Assembly (NCBI GenBank): GCA_905331295.1
Contig: CAJNYD010000037.1
Span: forward strand, 1 to 64,000
Direction: 5' to 3'
Length of the DNA: 64,000 bases
Origin: Rotaria socialis
Lineage: Eukaryota
Shown: positions 27,864-42,000 of the stretch, piece after piece
Position numbering within the stretch: the stretch's first letter is position 1
How the letters are laid out: the number at the start of each line of letters is the position of its first letter
Translations under genes and position numbers: made by a program
Notes under the pieces: model-generated
Database searches by the model: none
Told to the model about the DNA's origin: nothing
Seen by the model: the letters and a program-made list of their open reading frames with translations, nothing else

Positions 27864-28430
27864 TTCTAACTAAATAAAATTCTATGTGGGCTAAATTTTT
27901 CGAAAAATACAAAGTCAAGGTTTTAGTAATGATGAATCTGAAAAAGAAAACAAAAATCAGATAGAAATTATGTCATGACTTATCAATCACACGCTGCTCA
28001 GCGAGAAAAGAAAAGGAAATCATACGATATATGAAGGCGACAAGACAGCCATGACAAGCCAATGCTCATGTGCATCTATCACGATGGGAATCTTTTTGAA
28101 AACTATTTAGCGACATCTATTCATTTTTTAGAAAATATGTTTTAATAAAGAATAACAGCAAATAAATCATATTTACTTTAATATATTTTTAATCCAATAA
28201 CTTTAAAAAAGCATGAAATTAATTTAAGATTGGATAAAATCTATTTAAACAAATTTCGACTTGACTCATTCGTACTCATAAAATTTAAAAGAACGAGCGA
28301 AAAAGTGACATGAGCCAGCTGATCTATGAGTACGTCCATTACGACATTTAAACATACCTGCATGCATGTCTTCGTTCTTTGATCATTATTTGACTATTTA
28401 TTCCAGACAGTAGCATATTGTTTTTTTTCG

Positions 28431-29042
28431 ATGGGTAATTGTTGGCGTATTCCTGAAGATTACTCCAGTCTTGTTGATCTTCCCACTTCTCCGATTACTC
28501 CGTCATCGACAGATTCTTTGTCAAATTCTAATTCAAGTTTTATTCATCCAGTCTCAGCAATGTCTGATACACGCATACCAAAAGTAAGAAATGATTGTTT
28601 TTATTCTTCGTTTATGACGTTTTATCTAAATTGCATTTCCATCAATTTCAGTTAGTTATAGCAAATCGTTCATCAACTGATCTAAATGCTATCAAAGCTG
28701 CACAATGTCGAAATCTTGTTGAGCATTTACCATTAACTAATTATGACGAAAAAATAAATAAACAAACAGAGTAAGTGTATCAGTTGAAAGACGAAAACTA
28801 TGCTCATTGAGACAAATATGTAATTTTTTGTTTCTAGATGTGATATTTGTTTAGTGGATTTTATTGCTAACGAACATGTACGGCAATTACCATGTGATGG
28901 CGCACACGTATTTCATCCTCCATGCATAGATACTTGGCTAGAAAAAAGTCTCACATGTCCACATTGTTCAATAAATGTCGATGCAGCTTTACTACTCAAG
29001 TTCATTCCAAAGTCAAACAAGAATGATGATGAAGATGGATAG
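28431..29042 (+). CDS. RNF11: RNF11-like RING-H2 E3 ligase (exons 28431-28583, 28652-28770, 28838-29042)
   Basis: N-terminal MGNC acylation motif. IKAAQCRNLVEHLP followed by RING-H2 CDICLVDFIANEHVRQLPCDGAHVFHPPCIDTWLEKSLTCPHC and the RNF11-typical VDAALL tail. Confidence 0.8.
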
Positions 29043-32000
29043 CTTCTTTTTTTTAAATTGAATTTTAGCATAGTTTAAGTAAAGTAAATATGCAATACAT
29101 TTTTCTGCAAGGTAAAACTCCTTCACATTTATATTGTTGTTGTTGTTATTATTGAGTTCCTTTCTGTCTTTTATGTATATGTATATCGAATGAGAGAGAG
29201 AGAGAGAGAAAAAAAACAGAAAAAAGACAAAATTCCATTGCATATTGACTGTTGTGATAGAATTATGATTGACATTTTTCTTTGTATTTTATGTTTTACA
29301 TCTGTCAGCTTGCTTTTAAATAATAAATGTAGAGAATGTCCTCTTGAATGGACGAAATCAAAAGCACACTCATATTTGTGACTATTGAAAAGTCTATGAA
29401 GAAGACATAGAATGAAATTCTTCGTCTACATTTGATTTATAACTCGCAAGAATGTTTTAGTTATGAGTAATTCGTCTAGTATGACATTTTTCGAAATTCT
29501 TTTCAATTTACCTTGTCTCGATATTTCTATTGACATAGAAGATTATATTTTTTCCGTCTATACGAGAAAAAAGTGATTACGTTAAAATGGCGAGCAATGC
29601 AAATGAGTAATTTACGTCTATCGTGTTGCTTTGCATAATCCAGCCATGTCATGATCAAGATCAAAAAAAAAACGAACTGCTTTGAGGATTGCTTTAAGGT
29701 AAGTTTAGATAGGATATTGTCAAATTTTGTATTATATAACAAATGTCAAATACTGATAGAAAATATTGAAATAGTTATTGAATATCAGCAAATATTTCGA
29801 TTGGTTTATTAATTGAATTATTATTGAAGGTTATAATCCATACCGATTTAACTGCGAAAGAACTATTTCTCAATATCAGATGTTATTTTTCTTCAGACCA
29901 CTTCTATTCAATCCGTCATGATCAACCCTTGAGAAAAGTCTATTATGGTTTTTTAGCGTTTGTTTATTGAAATTTGATTTTTGTTATGAAACCATAAATT
30001 CTCTCAGAGCTTGAATGATCATTTTACTTACATAAGCAAGCTGTATGAGTCAAAAGAATAATACTTATACAAAATCAAACTTTAGAAAAGATACGATAAA
30101 TGTAAGGCCTACCTATAACCGAAACTCGATTATCCATGTTCTTAACAATTCTATGTTTAATGGACAAAAGCAAATCAAAAGACACGCTTCTTACTATTTA
30201 TTATGACTGATCGAAATGCAATAATCTCAAGCGAAATGAAACGATTACACAGTTCAGAACATTGTCTCGTTCGTATAATATTCTCAAATAATCTCTAACA
30301 ATTGAGTTGTAATTTTAGTCAAAATATAGTCCGCATATCATAATTAATTATCTGTCTATATCATATATTTATTCTGCTAGAGTAAAAACTCCTCCGAGTC
30401 AGTGTTTTGATTTCGTTTCCCTGTCAAAAAACATATGTTCACGGTTAAAAGAATAAATTGAAACGGATTTTCATTATTATACTTCGTTCTATCTATGATC
30501 AATTTAAAATATTACTGTATGTGACTTTGTCAACCAACTGTCTTAAATATATTGTCACATTTTAAATTAAAATATTATTTTCAATGATAATATGTGTTGA
30601 CTCTGGTGCATTATATACTGTTTTATAACAAATACTAATTGTTTTTCTTCGATTGTTATATGATTTATGTTATTAATAATAAGAATTACCAACATACGTC
30701 AGACTTCGAATAGTAATTGTCAATACCATTTAATCAATAATAATCTCCAGAGGAAAAGACTGCAAGATGAATTTCTAGCAAAAACAAAAACAAAAACAAA
30801 AGCAATATCAGTTCGCGTTATTGCGATTAATTAATTTTCTGTTATATTGGAAAATAGTTACTTTTTCTATTGCGTTTGAATACAGAATTGGCTATGTATC
30901 GACCATCAAATTACTAATGTTTTTGTTTCAAATTCAGTTCCAATACTTCTTAATTCAATTTTTATTTGTTATTTTTCAACATGTTTGCTTAGTAATACTC
31001 AGCTATGTTAACATTTACAGATAGAATAACTGCAGTTTTGAATGAAATTTCGAGACAATCAAGCATTGAAAGAATAACAATCGATTGATATGAGTTTCAT
31101 ATTCATGAAAAAAACAATCAAGTAGAATATCAGAAACCTCACTGTCAATACTATGTGTTTAGTCAATCAATCAATTCACGACGAGTTTATGTTGATTTTT
31201 AAATGTACATATATACGTAGAACATTCATTTGGATCAGTCGTTTTCTTTTCTAGAGATATTCAATCTAATCTATGCTTTATTCATTTTTTTACTAAGTAT
31301 GTTCATTCAATATTTATCAAATGATTCTTGATGTTTTTCTCTATTTGCTGAGTGTTGTATTTCTGTCTATCTATCTATCTCAAGTATTATTGACAATTTT
31401 TTTCAATCATGCGATCAAATTTTTTTTGAACTGTACAAAATCGGTAAATTTTTTTCTTTTTTATTGAACAATAGAACTTAATGTTGCAACAAGTAATTAA
31501 ATACAACAAAATTTTCTCAGGGTCTTACACCCTTTAGAATCAGCAAAAAAGCTTTCTACAAAACAAAACAAAAATGAATTAATACCATAGATTTTTCATT
31601 GTTTTCTCAAGCAATTGCCAATGTTTATTTAATCGTGCCATATTTTTTTCTAAAACGCTCTAGGCATTTCGAAAACATGTTTACCTATATATTTTATAAA
31701 GATATGATAAAACAAAGTTTCAGTATATAAAAATTTATTTGACTAGTTTTGAAAAAATCGTATTTTCCTTTATTGTAACATCAGCATAGTAACAAATGTT
31801 AGCGTTGTTTCGCAAACTTATTGATATATTTGAATTTAATAAGCATCGTTTTATCGAGCATCCGTCAATATACAAATATTCATCAATTTTTATTGCCCAG
31901 TGAAGTATTTGATTTTTCCAGCTAATTAACATCATGACAAACCATTATCATCTTTTCATTGAATTTGTTTTTTGTTTAGCGTGAAATAGCAGGATTTTTC

Positions 32001-33412
32001 TGATATGTACAATCATAGAAATAAATGCAAAGCAACGTTAATGGATTCTCCAGAAATAATAAAGAGAAGAGACAAAAATATTGCCCAGTTGTGTTTATTT
32101 GCAAGGTGCTAAATGAGTAATCAAGTTTACAAAAACAAACTCAACTTAGAAACAGAAAAATATTCATGAAAATGAAACTAATCGACTTTCGTTAATACTA
32201 TCGTTAACAAGAATAACCAAAAACAAGATCTATCCCTCTTTGCGCAAACTAACCGTAATTATAGAGTTTCTCTATCGACAAGCAGCAACACTGGATAACA
32301 TCAACACTTACTGGAGCTATAAATTCTTTTGAAATTTGATTTATTACAAAACGAAGCTCCTATTGAATGTTCATTCATCAAGCTATGAAAGTATTACATA
32401 ACTTTGTAAAGATTTCTTTGATAGTAATATCGTTTACAACAGCTCGAATAATTCGAAAAAAATCACACTTCATGTTAACAATTTTCTTTTTATCATAATC
32501 ATCCAATATTTAAATAAAGTCCTTCAGAAAAGAAAAATAGCCCCTTACAACTTTCATTTTTATTACCATGATATAATCGTAGAGAAGGAAAAAACACAAT
32601 TATCTAACTGAAAATTTTCCTTTTGAACTTAGATCAATTCATATAGCTAACGAAAACACATTTAAGAAAAATATCTTCTGGCTATTTTAACGTTGAATAT
32701 AAATATGAGCCGGCTCTTTTTTTTTGCTTTTTTTTCATTATAATTCCATATGAAAAGAAATAAAAAGTTTTTCAATTATAACCTAGATGTCTATCAGCAA
32801 ATCTAGTTGTCTGCATTTATTTGAAAGTACATATGTATGCATCGTATGTAATATAAATACCAAGAAGAACAATGGCCATTATAAGAAGGATAATAAACAA
32901 ACGAAGAAAAGAAATAGAGGATTGTAAGAGAACACAGGATTGACAGACATTTAAATCAAACTAAATACTTTTGTTTTCAAGGTTTTGTTTTTTGTCTGTC
33001 AATTATCATAAACATTATAGTTCAATAGAGAAGGGATTATGCATTAATCTATGTGTGCAATAGTCAAATGCAATTTTGAACAGAAGAAGAAAGATAAGAA
33101 TAAGCAAAAAGAAAGGAAAGAATGAAGCACATGAGACATTTGTCAAACAAACGAAAAAAAAGACGAACGAACATGACATGTACATGTATACACATACACA
33201 CAGGAAAGGAGTACACACAGATGAATGTAAAGATGTCATGAATACATACATAGAATCTGACACACCGAGAAAAGGGGGATAGATCTCACTGTATCACCAA
33301 TTAAAATGTTTATGTTTACATGTAAATATTCGAAGAACAGTTTTTTTTAATATTAAGGCCCTTCGTTCCATCACCACCGGAAAAAGAAAAGAAAAACGAT
33401 AAGAATAAGATC

Positions 33413-36017
33413 TTATTTTGACATCGAAAAACATTCTGTTGTTTGCGACGAAGTTAGCACCGACGACGATGATGGAATTTGCAGAGTTTCATCTCCAAAA
33501 TTCTCATCAGCACTTGTATTATCTGTTGAATCAAAATAAACTGAACTTGGTTCTTTGAAAAGAAAAAATAGACAAGTATTTTTTTAGGAAAAATTAATCA
33601 TATTGTCTCTTACTTCGTCTTAATGGTGAACTAGTACAATCATACGAAAGTGATGTACGTATTTCAAGATCTGATTCATTGTAGTCTGTTTGTTTATTAA
33701 CATTAGTTAGTCGTCTTCGTACTTTATGTTTATTATTATTAGTTAAACGAGATAATGATGAGGATGAATGTTGTTGATGTTGTTTTCTAAGGCGATTTTT
33801 TGGTGATTGAACTAATGGTGAAGAATGAACATCATGCCAATCCCAATCTAGTGCATCAATTGTATTAAGCACTGGTTGATTGTAATATTTTGATATTGAT
33901 GGTGAAATTGACGTTTGTGATTGAGAATATTTCTTTGATAATGTATTTAAATCAGTTGCAATATGTTCTAGATCAGAATAGAACCGACTCGTTTGTTCTA
34001 AGGCACGCTCTAAGCCTTTTTCTGTTGACATATAAGACATCACATGTGATTCTGTTACTGTTTCTAAAAGAAAAATCAACATGACATTAATTTCAAATAA
34101 ATAGACCAATCCCTCTGAAATAAACGTAGCTCAGCATTTCTATTTATATAGTATGAGTATGAGTATGACGTTTCACTCAGAATTTTTCAATCATCTTTCC
34201 CGAAGATAAATACTACTGCTGTGACTAATTACAGAGAGATTGTTCTATTCTAAGTACTCTAATAGGCATGTCTTCTCAAAAAGAAACTGTAATACGTATA
34301 TATATATATATATATATACATAGCCTCTAATCATATGTCAAAAACATTTATTAATGAAGAGATATTGCTATGACGTTTCTCATGGCTGGTCAAAAAGTTA
34401 AGATTTTCAACTCTGTGTTTCATGAAAAAAAAGCAAATATTTATTTACGTGTATCTTGAAGTATTGCACCACGACTAAGTGCAGTATCTGAATCGTATTT
34501 TCTTGGTTCAGAATAAAGTAATGTATTAGTTCCATTGGTTGAGTAACTAATTAAGGATTCATTATCATCATAATCATGACCCATAGTTAGATTTGTGGTC
34601 GTCGTAGTATCATTTAAACTTTGTTGATTGCGAGATGATGATTTTATTGTTGAAATCTCATGGCAATCAACACCAGAATCACCAGTTAAAGAATTGGAAT
34701 GATAAGAATCTTGTAGTAGAGCACCTGTACCTATTGATGAAGATATTTCTGACCATGTCATTTCATCAGATAAATGACTTGTTGTATTATTTTTATTTGA
34801 AGTGTAACTATGATGTTTATCAATAGGTAAACCGAGTAATGGTTCACGATCTGAATCATTTGCATATTGATGATAATGGCATTTATTATTAGGAGTAATA
34901 TTAGCTGTTATCGTAGTTGTATCTAGACGGTCTGGTGATGCTAGTTTCAATGTTGTTGATGAACGTGGTCGTTTAGTATACGTTACAATTATTTCATTTC
35001 CATTGGAAGATAACGATGAATGTTCTTGACCCATTTGTGATGCTTTTGCCTAATCGAAACGAAGAAAAAGAACCTATTAGTTGATCTTTCATCATAAGAT
35101 ATAGACACGTTCTTTTTTAGCTTCATTAGAAGCGGTAAATAATCAATTGTAACAATACTTACATCACGTAAATTGTTTGACAAAGACGATAGGGTATTAT
35201 TTGAGATTGATGTTGTTGATGATGTCGTTGAAGGAGCAAGAAAGTTTGAAATAAAACGATACAGAATACAACAACCAACACCGATGCCAAACCCAATTAA
35301 ACAACATATTGTTTCATTTCGACGCACTAGAAAAATGAAACGATTGTTAAATGCAAATTTCCTTAATAAATATGAACAATCATAACCGATTCTATGATTA
35401 TTCATATTGCATAATTCTCATATAAATAATAACTTTTGTTTCAATACATCTGTCTCTCTTTTCTTTTTTCGCATTTATACATATATTGAAGATGACAAGA
35501 GTCCGAATGATAAATGATCATAACTGTCCATTCAACATATCAACGACAAAAAGAAAAATCAATAGGACTACACAGGCATCTTTATGATTGATCTATTAAA
35601 ATATTGCAGACTATCCAATTAACTTTCCCATAATTAACCATTTCATAGTTGTAGGATATTTTTTCTTTTTCTTATTGAAAATTCATCTAGATCATTGTTC
35701 TTTTTAATTACATACACTTGAACGAATTCATTTCATTTCATTCCATAAATATACAGAAAAAAATCGATTCACGACATATGTTACATTCATCTTTTTATAA
35801 TTTTAACCAACTGACGCAAAGACTCATAAAAATTACCTTTGTTCCAAATGTTTCGTGGAAGTATGATGACTAAAAATTTCGCTGGTTTTATATAATAATT
35901 CAATAAAAAACGTATAGGACGAAGAATAAATATATTAGGTATAATAACATAGAGTGGTTCGAAAGTAATAAAATTCCATAATGATAATTTTCTGTTATCA
36001 CTAATACTTGAATACAT
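33413..36017 (-). CDS. Unknown Ser/Thr-rich protein with an N-terminal TM segment (~511 aa); further candidate first exons at 39306-39369 and 42894-42908
   Basis: Five exons join in frame with canonical GT-AG: 35837-36017, 35163-35326, 34449-35049, 33614-34063, 33413-33552. Hydrophobic ICCLIGFGIGVGCCILYRF segment, short helical segment (GLERALEQTSRFYSDLEHIATDL), ALDWDW motif. Confidence 0.75.
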
Positions 36018-39000
36018 GATGAATAATAAATTGATCTGATTACTACGTTGCTATAATATGCTCTTGTTTCTCAATACATATATATATATATAAATAAATA
36101 AGAAACAACTGCTTCTTTTTTTGTTTCTGTCTCTCTCTCCTCGTTCTGCCGTTCACATGTATATATATATGTTTTGATAGAGATACATATATACGGCAGG
36201 GTGCCCGCTTTTTCTCTCTTTCTCGTTTTGAACGAATCTGTCGCGTGAAAGAGAGAGAGAAGAGAAAATGAAAAAAAAATGAAAAGGAGAACAGACTTTA
36301 TAGATAAATTCAAAACGATTGAATAGTAGATATCGATGTTTATACGATGATGAAATTTTCCGCTAATGTACAATATCTTGAACTCATCACACTTAGACAT
36401 TTTCGAAAAGAAGATGCGTCGTCTTGTTGTTATTATTATTAGAATAATCTCTGGAAATAAGTAATGCTCATAGTCGTCCAGATGATGAACAAATAGAGAA
36501 AGATCGACGACCTTTTCTTCATCGACAATGAGTAGATAAATAGGATATATCGACTAATGCAATACGCATACTGAGAGGCGTAGCACATTAATCAATATTT
36601 CAACAAACTCAATAAGAACACGTTCATGTTTATGCAAGAAGAATCGTATTATAAAAGAAAAATAAAGAACAGAACAAGCCTATAGGATTTAAATATAGGA
36701 ATATGTATAAAAAGGTTAATGAAGCTTAGATTCCGATTCGATCATGATAATTGAAACGGTACTTAAATTTCATATGAAAAATTAGTTTAATCTAACATGA
36801 ATGTAAAATGAACAGCAACTTGTTAGATGTTTACATCATACATATGAATGTTGTTGATGATGCTTTCATATACGTAATTGTTTTCTACATCTACTCTCAA
36901 AACAAGTGGAAAAATGTTGCATTAGTCAATTTTTTGAAATTATTCCATCACATTAATGACATAAAATGCTGCCGATTTCGATTTAGAAAAACATAATGCA
37001 AACAAACAAGATGTTCACTTTTGTTTTTATCATATTCACATATTCTTATGAGTTACAATACGTAGAAAGTCAAACTGATAGAATAGTTTCGCAGGAGTAT
37101 GAGAAAATTGAAGTCAATCATCAAGTGAGTTTAATTTCATGGTTAAACACAATTTAATTTCCTATCATTATAAATCGATCATTTCCAGCTATGCTTAATC
37201 ATTATTACAGTTGTTTTTTTATCTGAAACAAATTGTCTTAGAGCCAATTTAGAATTTCATCTTATCAAAAAATTTTTATCTGTTTTGACAGAATAAAAAA
37301 ATATATGTATAACGTCAATTTTCTCTTTTCTAATGCTTTTCATTAACGTTCATGCAAGTTATAGATTAATAGAAATTTGAAGTGAAAATTTCGTTCATCG
37401 ACGAAAATGTCATTTAACACGATGTCATATTAAATTTAAAAAGCATACAAAAATTATGTTCAGTTTGAAGTAGCCGTTTTATTTTGCTTTGACTAGATGA
37501 AATAAAACACATGTTCAGTAGCTAGGGAGAATTCTTCATTCTCAGTGTGATTTGAAAAAAGAATCACTCTAAGGGAATTATAGATTTTGTTGTTGAAACA
37601 AAACCGTGACATAAGTGCAACGTTCAAGATGCGACAAGGATTTGCTTTTAGTATGTAGTCTAATTTTCGTCGAAAACATTTTCTACGAGTTCTGAATACG
37701 ATGGTTTATTCAATTTGGTACCGAAATTTTCATCGTTCACATCTCAGAAGACAAAATCCGTACTTATTTAATTGCACTATCGTATCGGGAATCTCCATCT
37801 TCTCAAGGATCAAAACTATTTCTTAAAAAGCATCGACGCTTGTTTTTTTCTTCTTCTAAATCTATGTCAAGTCAAATTCAATAGTGAACGAATCACGATT
37901 CGATGCTCTGCAGTTATATAGACTGTTCTCAAGTTTGTTTTTTTCTATAAAAAAGTAACAACAACAAAAAGAATTGATGCGATAAAATCACACATACATG
38001 TCTAATAATGTGTACCTGATATTAAAAAAAATAAGCTCACAAGATTTGTCCTGAAAATGAGAATTCATGTTAATTGGTTATGCAAAGTCGTGAATCTGTA
38101 AATATGGATGGTTTATAATTGGATTAGAAAAATACGTAATAAAACTATCAGACTGAAAGTTTCATACTTCATAATGAAACTATTCTAAACTAATTATGTC
38201 TATCGGAAATCATTGAAAATCAGAAATTAGTTTATCATACTCGATAGTATGTTCGTGTACGATCTTGATTAGAAAAATTCAAGAGTACTATACTATAAGA
38301 TCTTTATAGTTATCAACGAAAATACGACCAATTTTCTAAAGATAATCATATCACGCAATCTGATATTTTGAATTCAATATCATTGTTTTTATCCCAAGAT
38401 GAAAGTTGAACTCATTCATACCATTTCTTTGATCACAATTTCTAATTTTTTCTTTTTCTCTTGGCCTATTTGTACTTATTGACATGTCAGGAAGTGTTGA
38501 ATAATCTTCATTAGAAGAAAATGTTTTTCAGAAATTCAAGTGATGTAAAGTACTCTAATTAAAATCTATTATTTAGAAAGTATGAGAGTATTTTCTTTCA
38601 TATGATGTGAATGATTTAGGTTAAATTATCTGTTTAGCGTTGTTTATAGACGCATCCCACAATATGGCCTAATTAATATGTTTTTGTTTTTCTATCTATA
38701 CTAACCATTGAGTCATAAAACCCTTAGTCAAATCTTAGCTCATTGAGTACAAAAAAACAACATCATAGGAAAATCTGGACAAACAACTGTTAGGCTGTAA
38801 GAATGCATATTTATTTGTTTCGTCTCTCAAAGATATCGATTGCATATATAAGAATGTTATTTTATTCCTTTTGTAGTCATAAAAATAAATATTACAGAAA
38901 AAAAAATATACACCAGTTTTCTATTTACAATAATAATATTTTTTGATGATCTGTTTTCAGCGAAATATCATCTAAGAAATTGAATCCATGTGACAATAAT

Positions 39001-42000
39001 CGAAAAAGAATAACCACTAGTTTCTTTTTGCATTTGTGTCAATGAAAAAAGCGATTATAACTCTATACCACATAGGAAGTCAGATCGTCAAAATCATTTA
39101 GACAATGGTTAATCGATTCTCATATTTATTAATGTAAAAACATGATCAACTCGTCTCTTAAATTTTCTTTTTCTTTCTTTATAAAATCAAATCAAATCAA
39201 ATCAAATCACATATTCATAATTAACATCGAAAGAGCCAATGAAAACAAACGATTTGTCTCTATTGTTCAATACAGAAGAAGAAGAAGAAAAACAAGAAAA
39301 CTTACCAGATAAATCATATTCGGCAGAAGCATTTACAATGTCCATAGTTAAATCATCATAATTATTCATTTTTTGTAAGTAAATATTCAAGATAAAATAT
39401 ACTATTATTAACAACAAAATTAATAAACTAAAGCTCAACATAAACGAGTTATAAAATGCTCGTCCGGCAATTCTGCTTTCTGCAACTATGGACACGATTT
39501 ATGTCATCGAATAAATTTTGTTGTCGATGACGTATATTTGAATGTTTGCATCGAATACATAGTGATGTCGTGTACATATACGTATTTCTTTGATTACACG
39601 TAAACACACAAACAGATACGTCAGAACGGATATTCGTCTGTGAAGACAACTTATATAGTCACAACACTAAACTATCAGTTACGATGCAACTGGAGGAAAG
39701 ATGAATACGAGGAGTATAAGAGAGAAAACAATTTTATGATTATATGAAATAGTGATCAGTAGCTTGGAATATCCGAAAAGGACAACAAACCAAACATAAC
39801 TATAAACATTGTAACCTAATAAATTCATTTATGATGATCTCTATCAATACATTAGGTTTATAAAGCTAAAAACAAATTCAATGAATATCAAATGTAAACA
39901 AGCAACTGTTTGATATTTTATAGAATATGCTGACTGACCATAAGAGAATATTATGAGGTGAATAGTCTAGACTAACATTACTATTCGTAGATGAATAATA
40001 GCCTCAAGGTAGGAGTGAAAGATAAGTATCACAGAAAATTAATGGCATAGTGATGTACTAGTTCTGGTAACACATTAACACAGAAATATTTTATTTTCAG
40101 TACATTGATACATTTACTTTTACTTTTATATTTTTTTTTTGCTCTTGAAAGTGTCATGTTTTTTGATATTATAAATAGACTAGTCAGAAACAGCTCGAAA
40201 ACAAACTCCCGAGGTTATTTTTGTTTCAAGAAATTTTTAATTCATCATAAAAAGAAAAATGTAACAATCGATTTCTGTGAAATTGATCAAAAGTCATTTC
40301 CTATTGCAATCAAAAATCATAGCTGTATGTGTGTGTGTATGTGTAATAGAGAACGTTTGCTTTATCATCATTGCACAATAAATAAAGCAGTTTGATTTGC
40401 ATGCAATGATAGATTTGCCATGAAATAGTTGGTCCTCTCAAGAAACATAAATAAGTATAACCTTGAAAGCCTTTCGGAGCTAAATAGTAGTTCAGCAAAA
40501 AATTGCACAGAAGGAAAACCAAACATATTTAGTGGAAAGAAATATAAATGGCAGAATGGATTTCTAGCAAAAAGCTTTCTACGATTAATAAACTGATAGA
40601 AAAACATTCTCTTAATGACAAAAAAAACTTTCCGTTTTTGTATTAAATTTCTTTTTTTCTTTCATAAGACGAGAAAAGGAATAGTCCAGTGCAAATTTTT
40701 CAACTGTGAAAACTATAGAAAGCAACAATTCTTTCTATCGGTGATAATCTTACCATAATTAATAAATATTTGAACGATAGATATTGCTAAGAAAAGTATC
40801 GTCATACGATTCCAACTCTGTTTTGTTGTACGAATCATAATAATATGCGTACATGCTAGTCAATGGGTAGATTGTGCGAGGACATTTCGATTGATGAAGA
40901 ATTGTATAATATATTTATATATTTACACGCAAGACACTTGTATAGATCTAGATTAAATATCTACTGTCGATTGGCGAATATTTTTCGTCGTTGACTCTTT
41001 ATCATCGATAATTCTTGATTTAATGATGAAATATTTATGTCGGAGAAAATGACGCCCGATAGATCTCAGTTATTGCTCGATTTTTTTCTCTTTTTTCTGC
41101 ATAGAAAAAAAGATTAATATGTACCAATGATTGGTACATATCTGTTAAGTGTGTCTACCGAATCTAGTAATCATTTCCGTATGTATCATGATATGATATC
41201 AAAAACAACTTTCGAACAATAATAGCAAGTGATACTCAAGGCTTTCCGTCACAAACATGCATCACAAATAATAATAAATCCCAATGGCTCATAGGCTATA
41301 TAAAGAATAGATTATATAGAAGTGACAAACGATCATAGTTTTAAGAAGATTTAAGATGATTTAGATATAAAAACCGAATATTCTTATATTGAGTCAGCAC
41401 TATTGATGAAAATGTGTCGACAGACGACAACAGGTTTTAATTGGAAGGATGCGACAAAAAAAACAGCCATGCTGACAATTATCGACGAACTAAGGTCAAA
41501 TAAGGCAAATTAAGATTGGCATCCGAACTGAAGGATTAGAGCAAAAACAATGTTCGAGGATAATAACTATTATCTCTCCATCGATCATTATATGTTAACA
41601 GAAATACGACATGTTGATACCACGAAGAGAAGACGAAGAAAAAAATAGATTAAATGTTAAAGAATTTACTCTTTTTTACTTGACTACAATATATTAAGAG
41701 AAGTAAAACCATTGTTGCATGTAATACAACGATAGATCTTATCTAATCAATGTTTAATAAGAAACTTAATTCGCCCCAATGATTATTCGAAGTCAGAAAC
41801 AAACAGAACTCTTATAAAGTTTCACATAGATTTATTTACCTTTAAATATAAGCCATGGATCATCATAGAGTGCTGGTAGATAAATGCATATTTGAAATGC
41901 ACGCATGACACATTGTGGCTGAAGTAAAATAAAGCGTTCACGATTTAGTAGGCGTGTAAATGTTTCAGTAGAGACAACCTATAGGAAAAAAAAAAGGTAA

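Noticed and set aside
29043..33412. 4.4-kb gap with several 60-80 aa ORFs
   Set aside because: AT-rich UTR and intergenic sequence, F/L/I/K-biased ORFs, no consistent splice chain and no RNA-gene motif seen.
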